Assembly: GCA_035631035.1 (NCBI GenBank)
Contig: DASQJL010000096.1
Location: forward strand, 1,234-65,233
Origin: Candidatus Binatia bacterium
GTDB lineage: Bacteria; Eisenbacteria; RBG-16-71-46; SZUA-252
DNA: 64,000 bases
Direction of reading: 5' to 3'
In this document: one piece after another, positions 51,618 to 59,971 of the stretch
Layout of the letters: each line of letters opens with the position of its first letter
How positions within the stretch are numbered: position 1 is the first letter of the stretch
Notes under the pieces: generated by a model
What the model was told of the DNA's origin: nothing
Database searches by the model: none
What the model saw: the letters and a program-made list of their open reading frames with translations, nothing else
Made by a program: the position numbers and the translations under genes

Positions 51618-51821
51618 TCAGACCGGAGTCACGTTGGCGGCCTGCTTTCCCTTGGGCCCCTCCACGATCTCGAACTCCACCACCTGCCCCTCGGACAGGG
51701 TCTTGAAGCCCTCACCCTGGATCGCCGAGTAGTGGACGAAGACGTCCTCGCCGCCGGCCTGCTGGATGAATCCGAATCCCTTGGCCTCGTTGAACCACTT
51801 CACCGTTCCCCGCTTGCGCAT
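51618..51821 (-). CDS. Cold-shock protein (CspA family)
   Basis: 67 aa. RNP1 KGFGFI and RNP2 VFVHYS. Confidence 0.95.
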   Translation of the reverse strand: MRKRGTVKWFNEAKGFGFIQQAGGEDVFVHYSAIQGEGFKTLSEGQVVEFEIVEGPKGKQAANVTPV

Positions 51822-52113
51822 CGAGCGTTCACCTCCCTCCGAGGGACGCGGAAGCGCCCCTTGCGCCGCGCCGAATACGCCAGGAGCCGTCGCGGGGCAC
51901 AGCCGTATCCCCCCGCGACGGCTCCGGACCGTCGGCCAGCCTAGTCGTCTTCGGTGCGTCCTTCGGATTTCGCTTCAGCGTTCGTGCACCGGGTCGTGCT
52001 TTGAATCGTGCCGCGTGCCAGCGCTGAAGCCGGATGACGAGTGCGAGGCAACACTGATGCAGGATTTCAAAGCGTTGTCCTGCCGGGCCGCGCCAAGGGC
52101 CCGGACGCGACGG

Positions 52114-52142
52114 ACCGTAGACCCGCCCTCCGGGGCTGTCAA
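52114..52142 (-). promoter_or_regulatory. Candidate promoter of the csp gene (long 5' UTR)
   Basis: The minus strand reads TTGACA, a 17-nt spacer, then TACGGT. This implies a ~285-nt leader. Confidence 0.35.
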
Positions 52143-52198
52143 ACCGAAAGTTTCGACTTCGAGCGGACCCACCGGCGCGCGCGTATCGCGATGCGTCT

Positions 52199-53893
52199 TC
52201 AACGCGTCTGGAGGGAGCGCAGACCGCGGGCGGCGCCCTCCCACGCGATGCGCCCGTCGGTGCGGAACTGGTAGCGCGGATGGCGGCGCAGGAAGGAAAC
52301 CGCGGCCTCGTTCTGGAAGACCCCCGTGGGTTCTGCGGGACCCGCCTTCCGGAAGAGGGTATAGCCGGCGCCCCCTTCGTAGAGGAAGTCGATCGTGGCG
52401 ACCCGGTAGATGCGGTCGTCGTCGAGCGGATGGCCGTTCACGCGGATGTCCGACGCGTAGTCGCCGCTGATCGAGAACCGCACGCCGCTCACCTGGGCGA
52501 AGTCGCTCTTGCCCAGGCGCCGCGCCGCGAAATCCAGGAGCCGCCGGAGGTCGTCGCCGCGCATCGGCACGACGACGATCGTGTTGTCGAAGGGGAACGT
52601 GGAGTAGACGTCCGCCACGGTGACCGGCCCCCGCGGAATCGGAGCGCGGATCCCGCCCGTGTTCATGATGCCGACCTCGGCGCCCGCCGTCTCGCGAAGG
52701 ACCTCGGCCGCGAAGTTCCCGATCGCGGTCTCCACGTCGTCGCGCTGCGGGGTCGGCACCCGCACGCTCGATTCGTACACCGTGGCCCCCATCGCCACGG
52801 TCACCGAGTCGGCCACCGGCCGGAGGAGCGCCGCGATTGTGGAATCCTCGCCATCCTGGGGCCGCACCCGCAGGAGCTCGTAGGAGAACCCGGCGGGCCG
52901 CCCCTGGGCGAGGTAGAGGACGCTTCGTCCGACACGATCGCCCCAGGCCCCGGTCTGCACGATCGGCACGCCCGCGAGTCCGGGAGCCGTTCCGTTCCCG
53001 GCGAAGAGCGGCTCGTCGAGGCGCGTGTGGCTGTGCCCCCCCACGATGAGGTCGATGCCGGGGACGCGCCGCGCGAGCTCCTGGTCGGCGTCCACGCCGA
53101 GGTGCGTCAGGGCGATCACGTAGTCCGCCTGCCCGCGAAGGAGGGGCACGAACCATCGCGCGGCCTCGATCGGATCGGAGACGGCGACGCCCCGGTTGGC
53201 GCTGATGCGCACGATGTTGACGAGGCTCCCCGTGGTGAGGCCGAGGATCGCGATCCGCTTCCCGCGCCACGAGCGGATGAGGTAGGGCTTGGCCAGGAAC
53301 CGGAGCGACGCCGTGCTCGACACGGGCGCGCCCCCGATCCAGCGCGCGCCCCGGCGGACCTCGGGGGGCGGAGCGTCTCCCAGGCTCGACGCCCAGCTGC
53401 TGTCCGCCGCGGCGAACACGTTCGCGCTCAGGACCGGATACTCGGCGAGCGGGCGCAGGGCGAGCCACGCCGCGGGGCCGTCGTCGAGGTCGTGATTGCC
53501 GAGGGCGACCGCGTCGTAGCGCATTGCGGACATCGCGCGGGTGTCGGGGACGCCGCGGAACAGGTTATAGGCGGGCGTCCCCTGGACGATGTCGCCCGCG
53601 TCCAGCAGGAGCAGGTCCGGGTCGCGCATCCGCTCGCGCTCGATCAGCGCCGCGCGCGCGGCCGCTCCGCCGACCAGCGTCGCCTCGCTGCGATGGAAGG
53701 GGAGCAGATGGGAGTGCACGTCGTTCGAATGGAGCACGACGAGCGAGTCCGCGATGGGGCGCGGGGGGGATTCCGGCAAGGCCGCGCCCGGCGCTGCCGC
53801 GGCAATCAGGGCCGCGGCGGTCAGCGCAAACCCGAAAATTAAGCAGCGATACGGAGTTCCGGCTGCGGGCAAACGCCTCAAATGGCTTGACAC
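52199..53893 (-). CDS. Bifunctional metallophosphatase/5'-nucleotidase (UshA-like), secreted
   Basis: LHSNDVHSH, DAGDIVQG, GNHDLD and GGHSHT, followed by a C-terminal 5'-nucleotidase domain. Confidence 0.88.
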   Translation of the reverse strand: MSSHLRRLPAAGTPYRCLIFGFALTAAALIAAAAPGAALPESPPRPIADSLVVLHSNDVHSHLLPFHRSEATLVGGAAARAALIERERMRDPDLLLLDAGDIVQGTPAYNLFRGVPDTRAMSAMRYDAVALGNHDLDDGPAAWLALRPLAEYPVLSANVFAAADSSWASSLGDAPPPEVRRGARWIGGAPVSSTASLRFLAKPYLIRSWRGKRIAILGLTTGSLVNIVRISANRGVAVSDPIEAARWFVPLLRGQADYVIALTHLGVDADQELARRVPGIDLIVGGHSHTRLDEPLFAGNGTAPGLAGVPIVQTGAWGDRVGRSVLYLAQGRPAGFSYELLRVRPQDGEDSTIAALLRPVADSVTVAMGATVYESSVRVPTPQRDDVETAIGNFAAEVLRETAGAEVGIMNTGGIRAPIPRGPVTVADVYSTFPFDNTIVVVPMRGDDLRRLLDFAARRLGKSDFAQVSGVRFSISGDYASDIRVNGHPLDDDRIYRVATIDFLYEGGAGYTLFRKAGPAEPTGVFQNEAAVSFLRRHPRYQFRTDGRIAWEGAARGLRSLQTR

Positions 53894-53915
53894 AAGTCGC
53901 GCCTCTCCCTATAGT
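53887..53915 (+). promoter_or_regulatory. Strong sigma70-type promoter
   Basis: TTGACA (53887-53892), a 17-nt spacer, then TATAGT (53910-53915). Confidence 0.6.
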
Positions 53916-53921
53916 TACAGT

Positions 53922-54078
53922 TGGCAAGGCTCAGTCGGTCCGTGCTCGGCGGAGTATCGGCAGCTACGAGTGACAATGCAGTCATCTCCCCAACTCCCGT
54001 CATGCTTCCGTACGCCAAAAGCCCACGGTTCCCGCAGGAGGCCCCCACGGTACTCACCCGGTGGGGGCGTTTTTGTTT
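53922..54078 (+). ncRNA. Candidate ~155-nt leader RNA / small RNA bounded by a promoter and an intrinsic terminator, upstream of the zinc-ribbon/csp operon
   Basis: It lies between the promoter above and the terminator at 54041-54078. No convincing ORF. Locally lower GC. I recognised no RNA family. Confidence 0.4.
54041..54078 (+). terminator. Intrinsic terminator/attenuator inside the 5' region of the zinc-ribbon/csp operon
   Basis: gcccccacgg-tactcac-ccggtgggggc followed by gtttttgttt. The RBS GGAGG and ATG 54110 follow 30 nt later. Confidence 0.65.
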
Positions 54079-54109
54079 CATCCAGCAGTGAGTGCGTCTC
54101 GGAGGCTTC

Positions 54110-54436
54110 ATGGCTGACGTGGACAAGGTAATCAAATGTCGCGACTGTGGTGAAGAGTTCGTCTTCACGGTTGGGGAGCAGAACTTCTACAAGGATCGTG
54201 GCTTTCAGCACGAACCCACGCGGTGCCGCCGCTGCCGGGACGAGAAGAAGCGCGCCTCCGGCGGTCCGGTATCGGCTGCCCCGGTGTCGAACGCGGCCCC
54301 TCGGGAGTTCCACGAGGCCGTCTGCTCGTCCTGCGGCCAGATGACGCAGGTTCCATTCCGTCCCACCCCGGGAAAGCCGGTATACTGCAGGGACTGCTTT
54401 CAGAACGTCCGGTCCACGCGAGGCATGAACGTCTAG
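54110..54436 (+). CDS. Zinc-ribbon protein (two CxxC...CxxC units; zf-trcl-like)
   Basis: Trimmed to ATG 54110 (GGAGG 4 nt upstream). [34 protein letters not shown] and CSSCGQ...YCRDCF. Confidence 0.8.
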   Translation: MADVDKVIKCRDCGEEFVFTVGEQNFYKDRGFQHEPTRCRRCRDEKKRASGGPVSAAPVSNAAPREFHEAVCSSCGQMTQVPFRPTPGKPVYCRDCFQNVRSTRGMNV

Positions 54437-54506
54437 GCGAACGACCTTTCACCCACGTCATACCCTCATCCCGATCGTTTTCACGCCGAAAGGAGGGGCC
54501 CCGAAC

Positions 54507-54719
54507 TTGAGACACCGCGGCTCAGTCAAGTGGTTCAGCGAGTCCAAGGGTTACGGGTTCATTCAGGAGGATTCGGGAGAAGAGTTCTTCGTCCATCATT
54601 CCGCGATCGTCGCCGACGGCTTCCGCACGCTGAACGAGGGAGAGGTCGTCGAGTTCGACCCGACGGAGGATCAGAACCGAGGCAAGCAGGCCACCAACGT
54701 GGTCCGCGTGCAGCACTAG
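54507..54719 (+). CDS. Cold-shock protein (CspA family), TTG start
   Basis: 70 aa. RNP1 KGYGFI and RNP2 FFVHHS. AGGAGG lies 10 nt upstream. Confidence 0.9.
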   Translation: MRHRGSVKWFSESKGYGFIQEDSGEEFFVHHSAIVADGFRTLNEGEVVEFDPTEDQNRGKQATNVVRVQH

Positions 54720-54763
54720 AAGGCCGGCGGGGGAAGCCCCGCCGCACGACGACGATGGTCCAG

Positions 54764-54797
54764 GACCCCGGCGCGCTCCCGCCGGGGTTCGTTTTTT
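54764..54797 (+). terminator. Rho-independent terminator of the zinc-ribbon/csp operon
   Basis: gaccccggcg-cgctc-cgccggggtt followed by cgttttttgg. Confidence 0.7.
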
Positions 54798-54859
54798 GGC
54801 GCGGATAGAGTAGAGTTTTCGGGTACCCCCAACCATCTCGCCGGAGGATTCGAAACCGA

Positions 54860-57625
54860 ATGCGCTTTGCTCCCATCGCCCTGACCACGGCTGCCGTCCT
54901 GATCGCGACCGCCGCCCTGGGACCCGCCGGTCCCGCCGTCGCCGCGCCGAACCTGATCCGCACCCTTCCCAACAAGATGACGGTCATCGTCCGGGAGAAC
55001 CGTTCGCGCCCGCTCGCCACGGTCCAGGTCTGGATCGACGCGGGAAGCCGCGACGAGACCCGCAGCGAGCGGGGGGCCGCCTCGGTGCTCTCGTATCTTC
55101 CGTACGAGGAGACCTCCGCCCGGAAGCGCGGCGAAGTCCACAAGGAAGCGGAGTCCTTCGGCGGCACCCTGGGAAGCGAGTCGGGCTACTCCAGCATCAT
55201 CTACAACATGACGGTGCCCGCGCGGTACCTGAGCCGGGCGGTCGATATCCTGAGCGACGCCGTCCTCCATCCCTCCTTCAACCAGTACACGCTGGAGCAG
55301 TCGGTGGCCAAGGCGCGCCGGGAGTCCCGCGGCGTCCTGAGCGCGGCCGGCGGCGTCAGCCTGAACACGCTCCGGGAGTCGCTCTACGGCGACACGCCTC
55401 CCGGGACGCCGCTCCATGCGCCCGAGCTGGAGGTGGCGGCGCTCACGCTCCCGATCGTCCAGCGCTACTACAAGGAGAACTTCGTCGCCGACAGGATCAC
55501 GGTGGTCGTGGTCGGCGACATCGAGGCCGAACCCGTGGCCGATCAGATCGCGGCGGCCTTCAAGGACGTGCCCACCGGCAAGTCGCGCCCGCACCCGCGC
55601 GTCGCCCCGCCCAAGGAGCTCAAGGATCCCATCGTGCGCTCGGTGCCCAACCCGCCCGACGCCGACGGCTCGGTCGTGGCCGCGGGATTCCGCGCACCGC
55701 TCTGGGGCACCGCCGACGCAACCGCGCTCGACGTCCTGCTCGCCGTGCTCGTCGACGCTCCCGGCTCGCGGCTCGAGCGCCGGCTGCGCGAGGGGGGCAA
55801 CGACTTCGGAGCGGCCGCGGCCCAGCGCTCGTTCGGACCCGATCCGGGGTCGGTGGCCCTGGTCCTCTCGGCAGACCCCGCGCGGATGCCCGATGCGGAG
55901 GGGATCCTGGTTCAGGAGATCGAGAAGATTCGCGCGCAGCCGGTCACGGCCGAGGAGTGCCAGGCCGCCATCCGCTCCATTCTCACGCGCGAGCTGATGT
56001 CGCGCTCGGAGCTCTGGGGACTGGGGCGCGCCACCGCGCTCGCCTATTACCAGGGGCGTCCCGGCGCCGACGAGGTGTACGCGCAGCGCGTGAGCGCGGT
56101 GCGGCCCGAGGACCTGTCCGGAGTCGCGCGCAAGTATCTCGACTGGAAGAACGGCGCCGTCGTCGAGATGATGTCTCGGCGCACGGCCGACAGCCTCGGC
56201 ATCGCCAAGGAGTTCCCGAAACGGTTCCAGGAGAAGCTCTCGCTGTACCAGGGCACCTACCGCAGCGGCCCGCTCGCCACGGCGAGCACCGATGAGGAGC
56301 GCCGCGCGCGCATCGACCAGCCGCTCGCTTCGATCTCCCGGGATCCCTTCGATGCGGGGCGCGGCCGCGTGGAGCGCGCCAGGCTCGCGGGCGGCATCCG
56401 GCTCCTGACCGGCCAGGACCGAAGCGCCCCCGGCGTGACGGTGGCGGTCTATCTGAACGGCGGCGTGCGCTGGGAGAACGACAAGAACAACGGCATCACC
56501 TCGCTCGTCCGCGAGACGCTCTTCAATACGAACGACCCCAAGCGGAACGGCCTCGCCTACCGGCAGTCGCTCTCCCTCCTGGGATCGTTCACGCCCTACC
56601 AGGATCGGGACATGTGGGGGGTCTCGCTCGCGGTGCCCTCGTCCGACTGGAAGGAAGCGCTCAACCGGATCGGCGCGATGATGTCCCACCCGGACCTGGA
56701 CTCGGTGACGGTGGATGCCACGCGGATCCTGCTCCTCACCGCCCTCGACAAGTGGATGGAAGACGACGCGGCCCAGCGGCAGCGGCTCATCTTCGCGACG
56801 AAGTACCAGGTGAGCGGCTACCGGCTTCCCGGCGTGGGGAACAAGGTGAACCTCATCTCGCTTCCGACGTCGGCGATCGCGGCCTATTACCGGAAGTTCG
56901 TGGTGAAGCCGAACCTGTTCGTCGCGGTCTTCGGCGACGTGAACCCCTCCGAGGTCGGTCCCGCGGTGGAGGAGGCGTTCCGCGACGTGAGCGCGGGACC
57001 CTTCAACCCGGGCGAGCCGCCCATGGATCTGCCGTTCCCCGGCTTCCGCGAGAAGTGGGAGCTGGGCGCGGGCTCGCTCACCACCATTCAGCTCGCCTTC
57101 AACGGCCCCCCGGCAAACAGCCCGGACATGCCCATTTTCTACGTCGTGAACTCGCTGCTCTCGGGACCGTACGGCTGGTTCCAGAAGTACGTCATGGCCG
57201 AGCCGACGGCGCAGAGCGCGAACTCGATCGTGGCGCAGGCGATCGACGAGTCTCCGATCATCGCCTCGCTCACCATCGGCGGCTCGGTGGAGGAGGAGGC
57301 GATGGTCAAGCTGCTCTTCCGGCAGTTCAAGAAGGTCGCCGGGATGGAGCTGATCGGCCCCGATCTGGATCAGGACCTCCGGAACGCGAAGACGCACGCC
57401 ATCGGCAGCTTCTACGGAACGTTCACGACGAATACGTCCCGCGCCTTCCAGTGGGCTCGCGCCGACCTGTTCGGGCTTCCGCCCGACGACCTGCTGGCGC
57501 TCCCCTCCAAGATGGACGCGGTGACTCCGGGCGATCTCCTGCGGGTCGGGACGCGCTACTTCCAGCGCGGAGACTGGGAGAAGGCGCCGTACGCCATCGC
57601 GGAGACGCGGCCCGGCGGCTGGTAG
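54860..57625 (+). CDS. Fused double-M16-fold protein lacking the HxxEH zinc motif in both halves (probably non-catalytic)
   Basis: 921 aa with a signal peptide. M16 topology: IDAGSRDE...FGGTLGSESGYSS. SVLSY and SLVRE occupy the positions where HxxEH is expected. Confidence 0.8.
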   Translation: MRFAPIALTTAAVLIATAALGPAGPAVAAPNLIRTLPNKMTVIVRENRSRPLATVQVWIDAGSRDETRSERGAASVLSYLPYEETSARKRGEVHKEAESFGGTLGSESGYSSIIYNMTVPARYLSRAVDILSDAVLHPSFNQYTLEQSVAKARRESRGVLSAAGGVSLNTLRESLYGDTPPGTPLHAPELEVAALTLPIVQRYYKENFVADRITVVVVGDIEAEPVADQIAAAFKDVPTGKSRPHPRVAPPKELKDPIVRSVPNPPDADGSVVAAGFRAPLWGTADATALDVLLAVLVDAPGSRLERRLREGGNDFGAAAAQRSFGPDPGSVALVLSADPARMPDAEGILVQEIEKIRAQPVTAEECQAAIRSILTRELMSRSELWGLGRATALAYYQGRPGADEVYAQRVSAVRPEDLSGVARKYLDWKNGAVVEMMSRRTADSLGIAKEFPKRFQEKLSLYQGTYRSGPLATASTDEERRARIDQPLASISRDPFDAGRGRVERARLAGGIRLLTGQDRSAPGVTVAVYLNGGVRWENDKNNGITSLVRETLFNTNDPKRNGLAYRQSLSLLGSFTPYQDRDMWGVSLAVPSSDWKEALNRIGAMMSHPDLDSVTVDATRILLLTALDKWMEDDAAQRQRLIFATKYQVSGYRLPGVGNKVNLISLPTSAIAAYYRKFVVKPNLFVAVFGDVNPSEVGPAVEEAFRDVSAGPFNPGEPPMDLPFPGFREKWELGAGSLTTIQLAFNGPPANSPDMPIFYVVNSLLSGPYGWFQKYVMAEPTAQSANSIVAQAIDESPIIASLTIGGSVEEEAMVKLLFRQFKKVAGMELIGPDLDQDLRNAKTHAIGSFYGTFTTNTSRAFQWARADLFGLPPDDLLALPSKMDAVTPGDLLRVGTRYFQRGDWEKAPYAIAETRPGGW

Positions 57626-57627
57626 GC

Positions 57628-58578
57628 TTGATCCCACAGCCTGTCGCCCTGATCGTCACGGTGCGAAACGAGGAGGCGTCGATCGACGCGCTCCTCGATT
57701 CGCTTCTGGGCGGATCGCGCCCTCCCGACGAGATCGTCGTCGCCGACGGCGGCTCGACCGACCGGACCGTGGAGCGGCTCCGCGCTCGCGCGGCCTCGGA
57801 TCCCCGCGTGCGCTTCCTCGTGGCGCCGGGAAACCGCTCGGTGGGACGGAACGCCGCGGTCCGCGCCGCCCAGGCGTCGATCATCGCGTGCACCGACGCG
57901 GGCGTGCGGGTGGAGCCCGACTGGCTGGAGCGGATCACGGCGCCCTTCGCCGATCCCGGCGTCGACGTGGTCGCCGGCTTCTACCGCTCCGCCGGAGAGA
58001 CCTGGTTCGAGCGCGCCGCCGGCGTGGTCTCCGCGCCGCGCCTCGAGGAGGTGGACCGGGAGCGCTTCCTCCCCTCCACCCGCTCCGTCGCCTTCCGCCG
58101 CGCCGCGTGGGAGCGCGTTCACGGCTTCGACGAGCGCTGGGATCACAACGAGGACACCCCGTTCGCCCTCGCCCTGAAGCGGGACGGCTGCCGCTTCGCG
58201 TTCGCTCCCGATGCCGTCGTGCACTGGCGGCCGCGGGGCGACCTTCGGAGCTTCTGGCGCCAGCACCGGCGCTTCGGCTACGGCGACGGGGAGTCGGGCG
58301 TGCAGGGGTCGTTCTACGGTAGGATCGCCGCGAAGTACGTCCTGGCCCTGGCGTTGCTCGTGGCCGGGGCCTGGTTCCGCCCGGCGTGGTGGGCCCTGGG
58401 AGCGGGCGCGCTCCTGTTCGTGCTGGGGCAGGGCCATCGCGGGCGGGGTCGCCTGCCGGCGCCCGCCGCGCTCGTCCTCGTGCCCGCGCTCAAGACGGTG
58501 TACGACGCCGCCTATCTCTGGGGATACGCGCGCGGGATCGCGAGTCGTCGCGGCCCGGGCGCGATGAAGCCGGCGTAG
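57628..58578 (+). CDS. Family 2 glycosyltransferase with C-terminal TM segments
   Basis: Trimmed to TTG 57628, 3 nt after the M16 stop. ALIVTVRNEE, VVADGGSTDRT and ACTDAG. Confidence 0.8.
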   Translation: MIPQPVALIVTVRNEEASIDALLDSLLGGSRPPDEIVVADGGSTDRTVERLRARAASDPRVRFLVAPGNRSVGRNAAVRAAQASIIACTDAGVRVEPDWLERITAPFADPGVDVVAGFYRSAGETWFERAAGVVSAPRLEEVDRERFLPSTRSVAFRRAAWERVHGFDERWDHNEDTPFALALKRDGCRFAFAPDAVVHWRPRGDLRSFWRQHRRFGYGDGESGVQGSFYGRIAAKYVLALALLVAGAWFRPAWWALGAGALLFVLGQGHRGRGRLPAPAALVLVPALKTVYDAAYLWGYARGIASRRGPGAMKPA

Positions 58579-58608
58579 CGCGCCGCGGATCGAGGGGGAG
58601 GAACGCCC

Positions 58609-58962
58609 GTGTATGAACCTCGCCACAAGAAACCGATCTCCCGCCGGCAGTTCGCCTTGCGCGTTCTGCACAGCGCGGGGCTCGCGCTTCCCCTCGTGCT
58701 TCTCTCGCTGGCCGGCGGGATGGCGGGCTACATGCTGCTGGAGAAGCTCTCCTGGGCCGACGCCTTCCTGAACGCGGCGATGCTCCTCGGAGGGATGGGG
58801 CCGGTGGCACCGTTGCGCACCGAAGCGGGGAAGATCTTCGCGGGCGTCTACGCGCTCTACGCGGGACTCATCTTCCTCATCGCCGCAGGCCTCGTGCTCG
58901 CCCCCTTCTTCCATCGCGTGCTCCACCGCTTCCACTGGGAACAGGACCGGGGGCGGTCGTGA
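58609..58962 (+). CDS. Small 2-TM membrane protein with pore-helix-like segment (ion-channel-like, degenerate filter)
   Basis: 117 aa. TM1 LALPLVLLSLAGGMAGYMLL. LSWADAFLNAAMLLGGMGPV sits where K+ channels have S..DA.YF...T.TTVGYGD. TM2 IFAGVYALYAGLIFLIAAGLVL. Confidence 0.5.
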   Translation: MYEPRHKKPISRRQFALRVLHSAGLALPLVLLSLAGGMAGYMLLEKLSWADAFLNAAMLLGGMGPVAPLRTEAGKIFAGVYALYAGLIFLIAAGLVLAPFFHRVLHRFHWEQDRGRS

Positions 58963-59513
58963 TGAGCGGCGGCACCGCGACCGGGGCGCCGGATCGCCTG
59001 GAGATCCCCATGGCGAAAGGCACGCTGGTGCGATTTTTCCTGACCTCCCTCCTGGCGGTCGCCGGATGCATCGCCATGCTGCTCCTGACCCAAAACCGTC
59101 CCTCGCTGACCCACTCCATCTTCCGGGTCGTCGCGTTCGTCGGGATCGTCTTCTTTGGGGTGACGGCTCTCTACGCGGGGAAGCGCCTCTTCGATCCGAC
59201 CCCGGGTCTGATCCTCGACCCGGAGGGGCTCGTGGATCATTCGAACGCCGTCGGCGCCGGGCGCGTCCGCTGGGCCGAGATCCGGGAGATCCGGGTCACC
59301 CAGTCCGTGCGGCAGCGTTTCCTGACCGTGATCGTGGACGATCCCGAACGTTTCCTCCGGCGCGGCAACGCCATGACGCGAAAAGTGGCGGCGGCGAATC
59401 ACCGGCTGGCGGGAAGCCCGATCAACATCACGGCGCGCACGCTCGCGATCCCTTTCGACGAGCTCGTCACCCGCACCTCCGAGTTCTATCGGCACTACGG
59501 AAAGCGGGCGTGA
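58959..59513 (+). CDS. Membrane-anchored protein with a PH-like (bPH-type) soluble domain
   Basis: 184 aa, two N-terminal TM segments then LILDPEGLVDHSN...VRWAEIREIRV. The start overlaps the upstream stop (GTGATG). The family call is tentative. Confidence 0.5.
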   Translation: MMSGGTATGAPDRLEIPMAKGTLVRFFLTSLLAVAGCIAMLLLTQNRPSLTHSIFRVVAFVGIVFFGVTALYAGKRLFDPTPGLILDPEGLVDHSNAVGAGRVRWAEIREIRVTQSVRQRFLTVIVDDPERFLRRGNAMTRKVAAANHRLAGSPINITARTLAIPFDELVTRTSEFYRHYGKRA

Positions 59514-59538
59514 CGGAGCCCGACCGGAGGCGGCGGCG

Positions 59539-59946
59539 ATGAGCGGGCCCGCCCCGCACGTCGACCGGATTCTGGAGACGGCGCTCTACGTCGAGGATCC
59601 GGACCGATCGGCGCGCTTCTATCAGGAGCTGTTTGGGTTCGAGGCGGTCTACGCGGGTCCCCGGCTCACGGCGCTCGCCGTGCCGGGACATCAGATCCTC
59701 CTCCTCTTCAAGAAGGGCGCGTCGTCCGGCCTCTCCAAGATCCCGCACGACGGATCGGGGGAGCTGCACGTCGCGTTCGCGATCGCGGCGCCATCGCTCG
59801 AGGCGTGGGAGGCGCGCCTGCACGAGAAGAAGATCCCGATCGTGGAGAAGACGGAGTGGGAGCGTGGAGGCACCAGCCTCTACTTCCGCGATCCCGACGG
59901 CCACCTGATCGAGCTGGCGACCCCGGGGCTCTGGACGAACTACTGA
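59539..59946 (+). CDS. VOC-family (glyoxalase/bleomycin-resistance/dioxygenase) protein
   Basis: 135 aa. ILETALYVEDPDRSARFYQELFGF ... HVAFAI ... SLYFRDPDGHLIEL. Confidence 0.8.
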   Translation: MSGPAPHVDRILETALYVEDPDRSARFYQELFGFEAVYAGPRLTALAVPGHQILLLFKKGASSGLSKIPHDGSGELHVAFAIAAPSLEAWEARLHEKKIPIVEKTEWERGGTSLYFRDPDGHLIELATPGLWTNY

Positions 59947-59971
59947 TCCTGTCCTGAGGCTTCGGGACCCG

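Noticed and set aside
53922-54078. I asked whether the promoter-to-terminator RNA is SRP (4.5S) RNA, 6S RNA, tmRNA or RNase P RNA.
   Set aside because: It has no GGAA tetraloop/AGCA domain-IV signature of SRP RNA and no tmRNA 5' GGGG...tag reading frame. It is far too short for RNase P. 6S RNA cannot be recognised without folding or covariation. I left it as an unclassified leader/sRNA.
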